Shown: positions 29,633 through 38,498, numbered from the stretch's first letter. The stretch: 64,000 bases of DNA from Gemmatimonadales bacterium (GCA_037189525.1 JBBCJC010000002.1:1312001-1376000), one strand, 5' to 3'. Numbers and translations are program-made. Notes: a model not told the origin generated them from the sequence alone.

Positions 29633-29903
29633 GGCAAAGCAGTCTTCGCAGGTCCAGCGCATCTATCGGATCGATCGCCCCATACCTGGGGTCGTTGGCG
29701 GTTACGACGACTACGTCGTCTTCGATCCGAAGGGTAAGGTCACCTTTACTATCTGTGTTGCCGTCGAGCGAGACCTTGAACCGGTTATTCGAGCGGCCAT
29801 CGCCAGGGGGGCATTCTCGGAAGTGATAGTAGATGACCAGCAAGAGCCTGCAGCGTCGCCGACCGCTTCGAAGAAGCCACGTATCCTTCAGATAGTTCGC
29901 TGA
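29625..29903 (+). CDS. Hypothetical protein
   Basis: ATG at 29625 overlapping the upstream stop; 92 aa. Confidence 0.55.
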   Translation: MAKAKQSSQVQRIYRIDRPIPGVVGGYDDYVVFDPKGKVTFTICVAVERDLEPVIRAAIARGAFSEVIVDDQQEPAASPTASKKPRILQIVR

Positions 29904-29918
29904 CCCGTGATGCCGCTG

Positions 29919-30113
29919 TCACTTTGCGCGGTCGTGCAGGTACGCTCGGAGATTGACCACCGGGTATCGGATCGTTCGGTGGCCTATCCGAACTTACGGA
30001 ATCGGAAGCCGTTTGAGCTGTTTCACCGTGATCGAGAGCATTCGCGCTGCGACGTCCGGTGGGACGGCCAGGACGTCGTTCGCTGGATTGTCAGAGGTTT
30101 TAGTCGAAGTCAT
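29919..30113 (-). pseudogene. AlpA/Xis-like HTH gene with premature stop
   Basis: AGGAG RBS; MTSTKTSDNPANDVLAVPPDVAARMLSITVKQLKRLPIP*VRIGHRTIRYPVVNLRAYLHDRAK, with TAA at 29996-29994. Confidence 0.65.
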
Positions 30114-30122
30114 TCGATGCTC

Positions 30123-31205
30123 CTAACGTGGTATACTCGTTCGCTTCCGAGATTCGGCCTTCAGGATCGTATTTCGGGATCGCCTGCATGCCTCGCTGCA
30201 AAGGGTTGCTTGACCACGCTTAGGAGCACGACTTCTCGAGATGAAGCGGCCGCATTGGTCACAGGCCGCGGAACTTCCGATTCCCCCAACGATTTGAAGC
30301 AGGCCGTACCCGATTGCTGCCCAAGGACCTCCAGTGTAGGCAATACGAAGCTTCGTTGGCTTGTCTTTGGTCATCGCAAGGACAGGGTAGCAACGTCCAG
30401 CTTCCATCCACCAATTGACGAAGGGTACGAGAATTTCCGTTACTTGAAGGTGGCTGCGCAACTCTGTCATGCCGGAAGTCAGCAACTTCTCCATCGTCAG
30501 GTCCATCGCGTTGGTAGTTCGTGGCGAATCCTTTCCGAAGGCGATTGCCCGCCAACGATCGATGCCTGCCTCTCCAACGGATTCTGGTATTCCATCGACG
30601 TAGACCAGGTCCCTCTCCTTTGCGACCCATCGTCCCAAGAACCGCCCCCAATGAGCTTCCAAAGGCGCAAGGTCCTTGGCGATCGCCCGGCGGGCTTGCG
30701 TGCTCAGGGTTGTATGCTCGCGCAGGTACTCCGCTCCTCGAACGACGGCCCAAGCAAGAGCAGCATAGCGGTAGTACGCGGAGCATGGTTCCCCAGTAAT
30801 CTCAGTTATGGTGCCGTCCTTACCCTCCACTCCTTTGAGCTGTTGATGCTGAGCCCAGCCGGCCGGCCACTCGTTGTCGTCCAAACCCAAGTATCCGTAT
30901 CGGCTTACGAACGAGCGGATTGTCTCACTTTGGCCGCCGTGGATGCCGAGAAAGTCGCGAAGAATGTTCCTGGTTGTAACCGACTGGCTGCTCCTGTCGA
31001 TCAGCACACGCTGCAAGTCCTCAATCGACGGTGCGTCCGGATGTCCGGATGCATCGAAATTCATCGAACGATATCGAAGATGAACGCGCTGCTCCCTTTG
31101 TCGGAGCTCGGCTCCAATTGGGGGGCCGGCTGCCCCTCGTACGACAATGGAGGCTCCGATATCGATGCCCATGCATCGCTTCAGTATCTGCTTTCGTGTT
31201 GGCAT
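30123..31205 (-). CDS. Protein with C-terminal CGNR-like zinc finger (putative regulator)
   Basis: FVSRYGYLG, CDQCGRF...LCSEACRRSR. Confidence 0.65.
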   Translation of the reverse strand: MPTRKQILKRCMGIDIGASIVVRGAAGPPIGAELRQREQRVHLRYRSMNFDASGHPDAPSIEDLQRVLIDRSSQSVTTRNILRDFLGIHGGQSETIRSFVSRYGYLGLDDNEWPAGWAQHQQLKGVEGKDGTITEITGEPCSAYYRYAALAWAVVRGAEYLREHTTLSTQARRAIAKDLAPLEAHWGRFLGRWVAKERDLVYVDGIPESVGEAGIDRWRAIAFGKDSPRTTNAMDLTMEKLLTSGMTELRSHLQVTEILVPFVNWWMEAGRCYPVLAMTKDKPTKLRIAYTGGPWAAIGYGLLQIVGGIGSSAACDQCGRFISRSRAPKRGQATLCSEACRRSRNTILKAESRKRTSIPR

Positions 31206-31301
31206 GTCACGATTAGTCACGAATAGATGAGAACGACACCTTTGCCCAACGCAAGATAGGTGATGTAGTGTCTGTGTGTACATATACAGCTTGAGGGAAC
31301 G

Positions 31302-31487
31302 ATGGTGGAATTGCGATTTATCCCGGCGCCGGAAGCGGCAGTAGCGGCGAGCATCTCCCGTGAACGGATCATCCGCCTGGTTCAGCGGGGCGAAATCAAT
31401 GGGCGGCTCGTCAGTGGCAGATGGCAGGTCGCCGAGGGCGAGGTCGAGCGGTTGCGTCAGCGCGCTGCCCAGGCTGCCGACACATGA
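31302..31487 (+). CDS. HTH_17 excisionase/AlpA-like protein
   Basis: PEAAVAASISRERIIRLVQRGEINGRLVSGRWQV. Confidence 0.8.
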   Translation: MVELRFIPAPEAAVAASISRERIIRLVQRGEINGRLVSGRWQVAEGEVERLRQRAAQAADT

Positions 31488-32092
31488 AATCCCGCGCCTC
31501 AGTTGCCGAATCGACCGTGGTACATACAACTGCCGCGCCGCCTAGGCGGGTCGATTTCGTCCGGGTTTTCGATGCGGCGCGTGCGATTGGTGTTCCATTC
31601 GATGGAGGTCCGGGTGAGGACTTGACCATACGTCGAAACTGGGATGTGATCGACCTTGCCGGGATGGCGGTTGTGCGACGCGCCGTTCTGGTCGAGCGCG
31701 GCCTCGAGCCCGAAACACGCCTCATTCTCTCAATCGATGAAAGTTGGTTGTCGCCGGTTCCGGATGACTTGGTTGCGCGCCAAACACCCGGTCCAGTCGG
31801 TCGCGACGTCACCTTCGGGGGCGGCGCAAGCGTTCCTCGGGGGACGATCATCGTCGACCGTGACGGATTTTTTGAGCCTCTGGCAGTCGCAGATGACCTC
31901 GCGTTTGTTCGCGGCGTCCTCCTCCGAGAGCTGCCGTCACTGGAATCATTGCGGCCGGCGACTGTCATCGTTCGGGGGGGCGTAAACCGTCATGCGCTCC
32001 GTTGGCCCGCCGAGATCGAGCCTGATGCCGTCGTCGAGGCGCTACGCCTTGCGTCAATCACTGTCCACTCCGCTACCGAGGACCAAAAGTGA
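31484..32092 (+). CDS. Head decoration protein (lambda gpD-like) with N-terminal extension
   Basis: C-terminal VTFGGGASVPRGTII...VRGVLLREL...ATVIVRGGVNRHALRWP...VEALRLASITV resembles the gpD/HDPD family. Confidence 0.6.
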   Translation: MKSRASVAESTVVHTTAAPPRRVDFVRVFDAARAIGVPFDGGPGEDLTIRRNWDVIDLAGMAVVRRAVLVERGLEPETRLILSIDESWLSPVPDDLVARQTPGPVGRDVTFGGGASVPRGTIIVDRDGFFEPLAVADDLAFVRGVLLRELPSLESLRPATVIVRGGVNRHALRWPAEIEPDAVVEALRLASITVHSATEDQK

Positions 32093-32658
32093 AAAACCAC
32101 GCTGAGCCGATCAAGAAACTGATCGACAAAGAGAAGCTCCATATCACCAAGCTCCGAGCGGAGCAAGCAGAGCGCCGAGCGCAGTGGGGCCAGTTCGTCG
32201 ATTCCGGACGGCCGTCGTCAGAGGCCGGCTCCCTGAAGACGCAAATGGATGTTGTCGACGAGCGACTTATCAAGGCGATGGCCCGGCTCTCAGAGCTCGA
32301 AGCGCAGCTCGAACAGGCGGAAGCCGAGGATCTTCACGAACGGCGGCTGATCGAAATCAAGGGCGCGGGTGCGCTCATTCAAGCCGTGACGGCGCGGCGA
32401 GCGGAGGTCGGCCGACTGGCGGGACAGCTGGCGGCTGCGCTGGGCGCCGAGGATGCGGCACATCAGCAGTTGCTAGACCTAGCGGATCGGGTCGGTACCT
32501 GGGATGCGGAGCGGGCGGCCAGCGGGCACGCGTCGGACACCTTCTACCTGGTGTTCAGGGACGTTGTGCCTGACCGCGCCCTGCGCCGCGGAGAATTCGA
32601 TCCGTCCGAATACCGGCTTGAGACGATCGATGGTGATCGCCTCTGGCCGACGCGATGA
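32089..32658 (+). CDS. Coiled-coil hypothetical protein
   Basis: Long heptad-rich helices; coupled on both sides. Confidence 0.65.
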   Translation: MKNHAEPIKKLIDKEKLHITKLRAEQAERRAQWGQFVDSGRPSSEAGSLKTQMDVVDERLIKAMARLSELEAQLEQAEAEDLHERRLIEIKGAGALIQAVTARRAEVGRLAGQLAAALGAEDAAHQQLLDLADRVGTWDAERAASGHASDTFYLVFRDVVPDRALRRGEFDPSEYRLETIDGDRLWPTR

Positions 32659-33107
32659 ACATCGCGGCGTGGCTTGACGCCCATTCCCGGCCGTGGACCG
32701 TCCGGTTCCCACGGCCGGCGAAGGTGACCATCCGTCGCGGTCGGGTCCCGCAGCCGTATCTGGAATACGCAGCCCGGGATTTGTCCGCGGTCGAAGTGGC
32801 CGGCTTTCTCGAGCAGTACCAAGCGATTCCATCAGCGGACGAGGCACGCCGCATCAGGCAGCTTCGCGCCTTCCTGCGGCGCCTTTTCCCGGGGCTGTTC
32901 TGGTGGACGCGGCCGGATCCGGTGGAGCTCATCTTGGCGCTACCGAAGCCGGGCCAGGATGCCGTACTCAACGATTTTTTCGCGTACCGGGCGGGCCAAT
33001 CCCGTCCGGCGATATCGACAGCGCCGACACCGGCGAGCCCCTCGCGCCCATTCCCCCCGCCTATGGCGACGGTCCCGACAGCGGTGAGGTCCGGCTCGGA
33101 TGGTTGA
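32655..33107 (+). CDS. Putative tail assembly chaperone (gpG-like)
   Basis: Lies directly upstream of the TMP; in-frame T TTT TTC slippery heptamer at 32975-32981. Confidence 0.6.
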   Translation: MNIAAWLDAHSRPWTVRFPRPAKVTIRRGRVPQPYLEYAARDLSAVEVAGFLEQYQAIPSADEARRIRQLRAFLRRLFPGLFWWTRPDPVELILALPKPGQDAVLNDFFAYRAGQSRPAISTAPTPASPSRPFPPPMATVPTAVRSGSDG

Positions 33108-33334
33108 TCGCGGCCGCCGCGCGCTGGTGGGGACCGGATTGGTTCCGTCACCCTCTCTATCGGACGCCCGATCGGATCGTTCCGTGGCGGATCTTCGTGG
33201 CCTCGCTGCCGCTGATGCGGGCACTCGAGGCCCGCGAACAACTGGCGCGGGTGACCGCCTCGGCATTTATGCACCAAGTAGATCCGACGGCCGCCGTGCG
33301 CCGGCTCGAGCGGATCGCTTACGGGCAGGAGTGA
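32981..33334 (+). CDS. -1 frameshift extension (gpT-like) of the tail assembly chaperone
   Basis: Open -1 frame after the slippery site, ending 8 bp before the TMP start. Confidence 0.6.
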   Translation, partial: RVPGGPIPSGDIDSADTGEPLAPIPPAYGDGPDSGEVRLGWLIAAAARWWGPDWFRHPLYRTPDRIVPWRIFVASLPLMRALEAREQLARVTASAFMHQVDPTAAVRRLERIAYGQE

Positions 33335-33342
33335 GGTAGCCC

Positions 33343-36234
33343 ATGGCCCGCGACTGGTCGTTAGTCATCAGGGTTCTAGACCATTTCACGGCCCCGATCC
33401 GTAGCGCCAACAATCAGCTGAAGGGACTGGCCGATGGGATCAACGGCTGGTTCAAAGGGATCGGGGCGACCCTCGCGGCATTTGGCGTGGGCGCCTTCCT
33501 CAAGGGCGCGATCGACGAGGCCGCCCAGTATGAGAAGGAAGTGGGACGGCTCGACGTTGCCCTCCGAAATGCGGGGACTTCGTTCGCTGAGGTCGGTGAC
33601 GAGGCGATGGCGGCCGTGGATGAGATCGAGCGCACCACCAAGTTCTCCGGTGGCGAGGCCGTTGAGGCGCTCACCAAGCTGACAACGATGACGGGCGACT
33701 ACAACGGGAGCCTGAAGGAACTGGGCACCGTCGCCGACATCGCCGCCTACAAGGAAGTCTCGATGGTCCAGGCCGCCGAGCTCCTCGGCAAAGCCAAGCA
33801 AGGCAACGCGAAGGCCTTCAAGGAATTCGGCATCGAAGTCGGATCGAACACGGAGAAGCTCGAGCAGCTCCGTCAGAAAACTCAGGGCTTCGGTGAGCAG
33901 AGCGGGAGCGGCATCAACGGCTGGATTGCCCGGACGGTGAACAGCTGGGACAACTTTCGCGAGAAGGTCGGCCTCGCACTCACGCAATCGGATGCCCTCG
34001 CGCCGGTCGTCGATGGCTTGGTAGGCGGACTCGCGAACCTGGCCGAATGGATCGAAACCAACTCTCACAAGATCGAAGGCTTTGTTGGTGGCCTCGTCTC
34101 GGTTGCCACGATCATCAAGGATGTAGTCGTTGGCGCGTTCGGCCTTCTGGGCGGTGTTCTCGATTGGATCGCTATCGGCCTTCTGAAGCTCGACACGGCC
34201 TTCCAGAGTTCACAGCAGAAAGCGCGCATTGTCTTCGGCCAGTTCCTGCAGAGCATCGGCGAGTTCATGGCTGCCGGCAAAGATGTGCTGCGGAAGTTCG
34301 GGATCGATGTAGGTGAAGGCGTTGCGGAGAACATGGCAAAGGCCGGCGCGCGGATGGCGAGTCAGGCACGGGCGGACCTCGCGGTCATCAACAATGAGTA
34401 CGCTCTGAAGCGGAAACAGCTGGAGGGCGTCGTCGCGACCAGCGAGCGCGAGGTCAGCAAGATCGTCAAGGACGGCAGCACGGGCCGAACCAAACTCACC
34501 GCGGAGGAACTCAAGGAGGTCGAGCAGAAGCGCAAGGATTCAGCGAAGGCTCTGGAGGAGGTCGAAAAAATTGCGCATAAGAGCAGTGGCGAACTGCTCT
34601 CTGCCGCGCAGCGCAACTACCAGGAAGCCGTCCGGACGTTCCAGGACAAGATGCAGCAGATGTCGGCCGAGGATCGCGCCAAGGCCGAACGTCTACTGAA
34701 GACCCATCTCGAAAACCTGCTGCTGAAGTGGGCCGGATTCGATGCGTCGATGGAGCAGCGGAAGCCCAAGCTCCAGCAGACGTCTGACCTGTTCCAGGTC
34801 CAAGGACGAACAGCCGATGAGCTTGGCGCTGCACTGCAACGCCTCAGCGGGAAGGCCCTCGAAGCCGCGACGGCGGATGAGCGGAACAACGCGAAGCGCA
34901 TCGTTGTTCGCCAGCACATCAAGGACGTCGCCGACGCCTACGTCGACGCCGTCACTCAGATGGGCATCTTCGTCGAGGCGCTCGGCGGATCGAGTTCGGA
35001 GATGGACGCCTTCATCACTGGCCTCGAGAACATCGGCGACGCGATCGGCAAGATCGCGATAGGCGACATGGTCGGCGGGTTGCAGTCGGGCATCATGGGC
35101 GTGGCCAGCATGGTCAAGCTCGCCTTCGGATCCGAGTCCGCCTCGGCCCGCGCCGTCCGCCTCGCCAACGAGAAGACCCAGGCCAAGCTCGAGCAGCACC
35201 GTCAGCGGATCGGTGACCTGATCGAGATCTCCGCCCCCGGTCGACAGATGAGTGTGGTGGAGCAGGCCCTCGGCTCGATCGACCTCGGACGGTTCTCCAA
35301 GGCAGACAACGCGCGGGACGTCAACGATCAGGTTCTCCGCCAGCAACTCGGGCGATTCTTGGTCGAGCGCGGCATGACGATGACCGACCTGAACGCCGTC
35401 GCCGATGCCTATGGCGTCTCGATCAAGGACGACAAGGGACGACTCAACGCACAGCTGCTGCAGGGATTGCTACACCTGCTCAAGGCATCTGAGGTCGGGT
35501 ATAGCGACACGTTCAGCGGTCAGATGGAGCGGATCCAGCAAGGCAAATCGTTGGGCATCATCGATGAGCTGGACGAACTGATGACGCTGATTCGGGATCC
35601 GCGACTTGGCATCCCGGCCCTCGCAGCGGCCCTCGAGGGTGTTGATGAAACGGCCGAAGGACGCGCGCGCGGCCGCGCCGCCATTCAGGAGCTGTTCACT
35701 CAGCTCGGCACACCAGGCGCCATCTCGAAGGCGGGCCTCGGCGGCGCCAACGAGTCGCAGTTCCGCGCGTTGCTCGCCCAATTCATGGAACTCTTCGCGG
35801 CCGACGAGACCGAGGAGGAGCCGGGCCCGGCGCTGCCCGAACCCGTACTGCCTCCACCCCCACCCGTCGAGGTATCACGGAGCGACACGACCGACGCCGG
35901 CGTCGACTTTGGGCTTGGGGATGTGGGTTCCGACTGGGCGAGTACCGCGCGGAGTGTCGCGCTGGTGCCGGAGTTTCTCGCCGCTGAACTTGTGCCGATC
36001 CGCGATCACCTGGCCGCCATTCGCCTGGGGACGACGGAGCTCGTCCACTTGGCCAACCGCTCGGCGGCCTTCGCCGGCGGTCCGGTGCCGGTCAACGTGT
36101 CGGTGGCCATCGGGGAAGTGCACCAGTACGCGACCGAAGATCCCGAGGCCTTCACCAATCGCATTCTCGCGGACATCCGGCTTCGCTGGGCTGAGGAACT
36201 GCGATTCTATCGCCAAGCGAAGGGAACGATATGA
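33343..36234 (+). CDS. Phage tail tape measure protein
   Basis: 963 aa, helical and Ala/Gly-rich. TMP-like N-terminus (LVIRVLDHFTAPI; ADIAAYKEVSMVQAAELLGKA..G...FKEFGI) and C-terminus (VNVSVAI...EDPEAFTNRI). Confidence 0.85.
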   Translation: MARDWSLVIRVLDHFTAPIRSANNQLKGLADGINGWFKGIGATLAAFGVGAFLKGAIDEAAQYEKEVGRLDVALRNAGTSFAEVGDEAMAAVDEIERTTKFSGGEAVEALTKLTTMTGDYNGSLKELGTVADIAAYKEVSMVQAAELLGKAKQGNAKAFKEFGIEVGSNTEKLEQLRQKTQGFGEQSGSGINGWIARTVNSWDNFREKVGLALTQSDALAPVVDGLVGGLANLAEWIETNSHKIEGFVGGLVSVATIIKDVVVGAFGLLGGVLDWIAIGLLKLDTAFQSSQQKARIVFGQFLQSIGEFMAAGKDVLRKFGIDVGEGVAENMAKAGARMASQARADLAVINNEYALKRKQLEGVVATSEREVSKIVKDGSTGRTKLTAEELKEVEQKRKDSAKALEEVEKIAHKSSGELLSAAQRNYQEAVRTFQDKMQQMSAEDRAKAERLLKTHLENLLLKWAGFDASMEQRKPKLQQTSDLFQVQGRTADELGAALQRLSGKALEAATADERNNAKRIVVRQHIKDVADAYVDAVTQMGIFVEALGGSSSEMDAFITGLENIGDAIGKIAIGDMVGGLQSGIMGVASMVKLAFGSESASARAVRLANEKTQAKLEQHRQRIGDLIEISAPGRQMSVVEQALGSIDLGRFSKADNARDVNDQVLRQQLGRFLVERGMTMTDLNAVADAYGVSIKDDKGRLNAQLLQGLLHLLKASEVGYSDTFSGQMERIQQGKSLGIIDELDELMTLIRDPRLGIPALAAALEGVDETAEGRARGRAAIQELFTQLGTPGAISKAGLGGANESQFRALLAQFMELFAADETEEEPGPALPEPVLPPPPPVEVSRSDTTDAGVDFGLGDVGSDWASTARSVALVPEFLAAELVPIRDHLAAIRLGTTELVHLANRSAAFAGGPVPVNVSVAIGEVHQYATEDPEAFTNRILADIRLRWAEELRFYRQAKGTI

Positions 36235-36614
36235 AGGTTGGGGAAGACGCGGATATCGCGCAGGCGGCCGCCGCGGCCGAGCGGAAACGGATCCTGTCGA
36301 TTCAGCAGCTGGCAATGCCAGGTGCGGACGACATCATCGCCGCGGCGATCGCCGATCCGACCGTGACGGCTGGGGCGACGGCACTCAAAATCCTGCAGAC
36401 GCAGAACGCCGGCCGATTGCGAAAGCTGCGCGCGTTGCAGCGCGACGTTGAGGTCGACCCGACCCCCCGGTCGCTGCCCTCGAGTGAGTTCGATGGTCGT
36501 ACGGCGGCGGGGCGCTCCTTGCTGGGGACCGTGAAGCGCGTCCAGGCGGAGCAGGAAGCCATAGCGGCGGCTCAGGCGGATCTGGGTCGCATAGGGCAGC
36601 TGGGAGGGGGTTGA
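36231..36614 (+). CDS. Stand-alone Nu3-like capsid scaffolding protein
   Basis: AAAAERKRILSIQQLAMPGADDIIAAAIADPTVTAGATALKIL resembles the C-terminal scaffold region of S49 head-maturation proteases. Confidence 0.6.
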   Translation: MKVGEDADIAQAAAAAERKRILSIQQLAMPGADDIIAAAIADPTVTAGATALKILQTQNAGRLRKLRALQRDVEVDPTPRSLPSSEFDGRTAAGRSLLGTVKRVQAEQEAIAAAQADLGRIGQLGGG

Positions 36615-37165
36615 TGCGACCGAGGGAGCACCGGCATGCACGTTGTCGCTTGAGCGAAGGGGCCCGGCTCTCGGCCGTCCTCGACTATTCCAACGCGGTC
36701 GCGAGTCTCACGATCGCAATCCCGCCGAGCACTTTTGATCGGTTGCGGTACGCGATTCGGAGCCGATCAACACCGAGCGAGCTCCTCGAGCTGGTGCGCG
36801 TCACCTGGTTGTTCCACGCGTCACCTGGTTGTTCCATCGGATGCGGCGCGCGACATATCGGCGGCGCACGAGCCGATCGAAACCCTGGCGCGGAGCAAGA
36901 TGGCGTGTTCGGATGGGCGGTGTGGGTTCGTGGGGACGACTGGTCGGGGGTAGCTCACCTGGAGCCCGGTCCCGCGAGGCAACAGGGCTTCCTGCGGAAT
37001 CCGCCAGTGCGGTGGCCCGCCCGCACCTGTAGTACGGGAGTAACGCAGCTGGTAGCTCTGGCCACTACTGCGTTTGTCGCAATGAGAAAAGGCGCACACG
37101 GCCGAAGATCCGTGAGCGCCTCACTCCTCAGCGAGAAAGAGGTCTCGCCGTGCCATCGAAGCTAG
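36614..37165 (+). CDS. Hypothetical protein, possibly frameshifted by a 20-bp duplication
   Basis: Coupled to the upstream stop; contains a tandem repeat at 36797-36836. Confidence 0.4.
   Translation: MRPREHRHARCRLSEGARLSAVLDYSNAVASLTIAIPPSTFDRLRYAIRSRSTPSELLELVRVTWLFHASPGCSIGCGARHIGGARADRNPGAEQDGVFGWAVWVRGDDWSGVAHLEPGPARQQGFLRNPPVRWPARTCSTGVTQLVALATTAFVAMRKGAHGRRSVSASLLSEKEVSPCHRS
36797..36836. repeat. Perfect 20-bp tandem duplication
   Basis: CGCGTCACCTGGTTGTTCCA x2. Confidence 0.95.
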
Positions 37166-37256
37166 CAGGAACCCTCATCCATCGGCAACCGTTACGGACT
37201 TCGGCCGACGTGCGCATTGAACGGCTCGATGATGGGCGGATCCGAGGGCATTCAGC

Positions 37257-38234
37257 GTGATGCTTGCCCTTCACCAGGATCCGCGGCCCTCGAGGTTTCA
37301 GCCGATGACGGTCGAGGAGCTTGCCCGACTGCCGAAACCGACATGGGATGTTGAGGGGCTTTTCGTGACCGGTGGCCTTTCGGTTCTGTTCAGCGAACCA
37401 GGCGGGGGGAAGACATTGCTCGCGCTCGACCTGGCCCTCTCGATGGCTGCAGGTCACGATGAGTGGTTCGGACGACGCCTCCGCAGTGGTTCAGTAGTAT
37501 ACGCGGCTGGCGAGGGCCTGCGCAGTCTCTCTCCGCGCATCGAGGCGTGGCGTTCGCGCGCTCCAGGTGCCTTTCACCTACGGTTTCTGGCCGTTCCAGA
37601 TGTCCCGAATCTGGGTAGCCCCGCCGAGTGCACTGAATTCGTAACCGAGCTGGCAAACAGGGGCGAAACATCGCCAGCGTTGTTGGTGATTGATACCTTG
37701 GCCAGGGCCACCGCCGGCCGTGACGAGAACGACGCGCTTGAAATGGGGGTTTCGGTGGAGGGGCTCGAATACCTCGCGCGCGAGCTCGGGTGCGGTATCC
37801 TGGTTCTCCATCACTCGGGATGGTCAAAGGGCCGGGAACGGGGCTCGAGTGCCCTGCGCGCGGCCTGCGACACGGTCGCCGGCCTTGAGCGGGATGGCGA
37901 CGATTTCGTTCTGCGAGTTGTCAAGCAGCGCGACGGAGAAGTCGGGGTTGCCATGCGGCTTCGATTATCAAAAGCCGCTCCGTCGGTTGTCTTCGATGTC
38001 GTCGAGGGTGATGTGACGGATAGTGGTCCTGATCTTACACCGCGGCAGCGCGACGTGGTTCGATCGTTGATCGAACTCAATCGAGCAGCAACGTTCTCAG
38101 AACTCGTCGATCATACCGGGGCTTCGAAGAGCACCATATCCGGTGCGGTGAACCTACTGTCTCGCTGCGGCTTGGTACGTAAATCTAATGATCGGTATGA
38201 GTTAACCGAGGCGGGATTGAATGCAGTTCGCTGA
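37257..38234 (+). CDS. AAA_25 / RepA-like SF4 helicase with C-terminal wHTH
   Basis: Walker A SEPGGGKT, YAAGEG, Walker B LLVIDTLAR, LVLHHSG, RGSSAL, KQRDG. Confidence 0.88.
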   Translation: MMLALHQDPRPSRFQPMTVEELARLPKPTWDVEGLFVTGGLSVLFSEPGGGKTLLALDLALSMAAGHDEWFGRRLRSGSVVYAAGEGLRSLSPRIEAWRSRAPGAFHLRFLAVPDVPNLGSPAECTEFVTELANRGETSPALLVIDTLARATAGRDENDALEMGVSVEGLEYLARELGCGILVLHHSGWSKGRERGSSALRAACDTVAGLERDGDDFVLRVVKQRDGEVGVAMRLRLSKAAPSVVFDVVEGDVTDSGPDLTPRQRDVVRSLIELNRAATFSELVDHTGASKSTISGAVNLLSRCGLVRKSNDRYELTEAGLNAVR

Positions 38235-38446
38235 GTTCGGTCCGGTTCGATTCGGGTTCGATCGAACCTTCTCTGGACGGAGGTTGGTTCGGTTCGATGG
38301 TTCGGGGTCTAAAGACCCCTCGAACCAATCGAACCTGGGCCTAGCGACCAACCTCCGCGGGGGGATATGCACGGCAGGCGCGTTGCTTATGTCACTTCTT
38401 CTGGTTCGGTTCGGTTCGATATTGGTTCGATCGAACTCTGCGAACC
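38226..38446. repeat. Iteron-like (G)GTTCG/CGAAC(C) array, putative replication origin
   Basis: About 16 GTTCG/CGAAC copies in both orientations; central inverted repeat at ~38291-38335. Confidence 0.7.
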
Positions 38447-38498
38447 TGGACGCGCCGCATGATCGGGACGGGGACAGTCGGGTCGCTCGGAAGCGAAC

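Noticed and set aside
29907..31226. 439-aa plus-strand ORF
   Set aside because: Antisense shadow of the Zn-finger gene and the AlpA-like pseudogene; no motifs.
31272..31289. E. coli-type SOS box
   Set aside because: CTGT-N10-ACAG rather than N8, and the host LexA motif is unknown.
38226..38446. CRISPR array or other RNA repeat array
   Set aside because: Repeats are 5-6 bp, irregularly spaced and in both orientations; no cas genes in the window.
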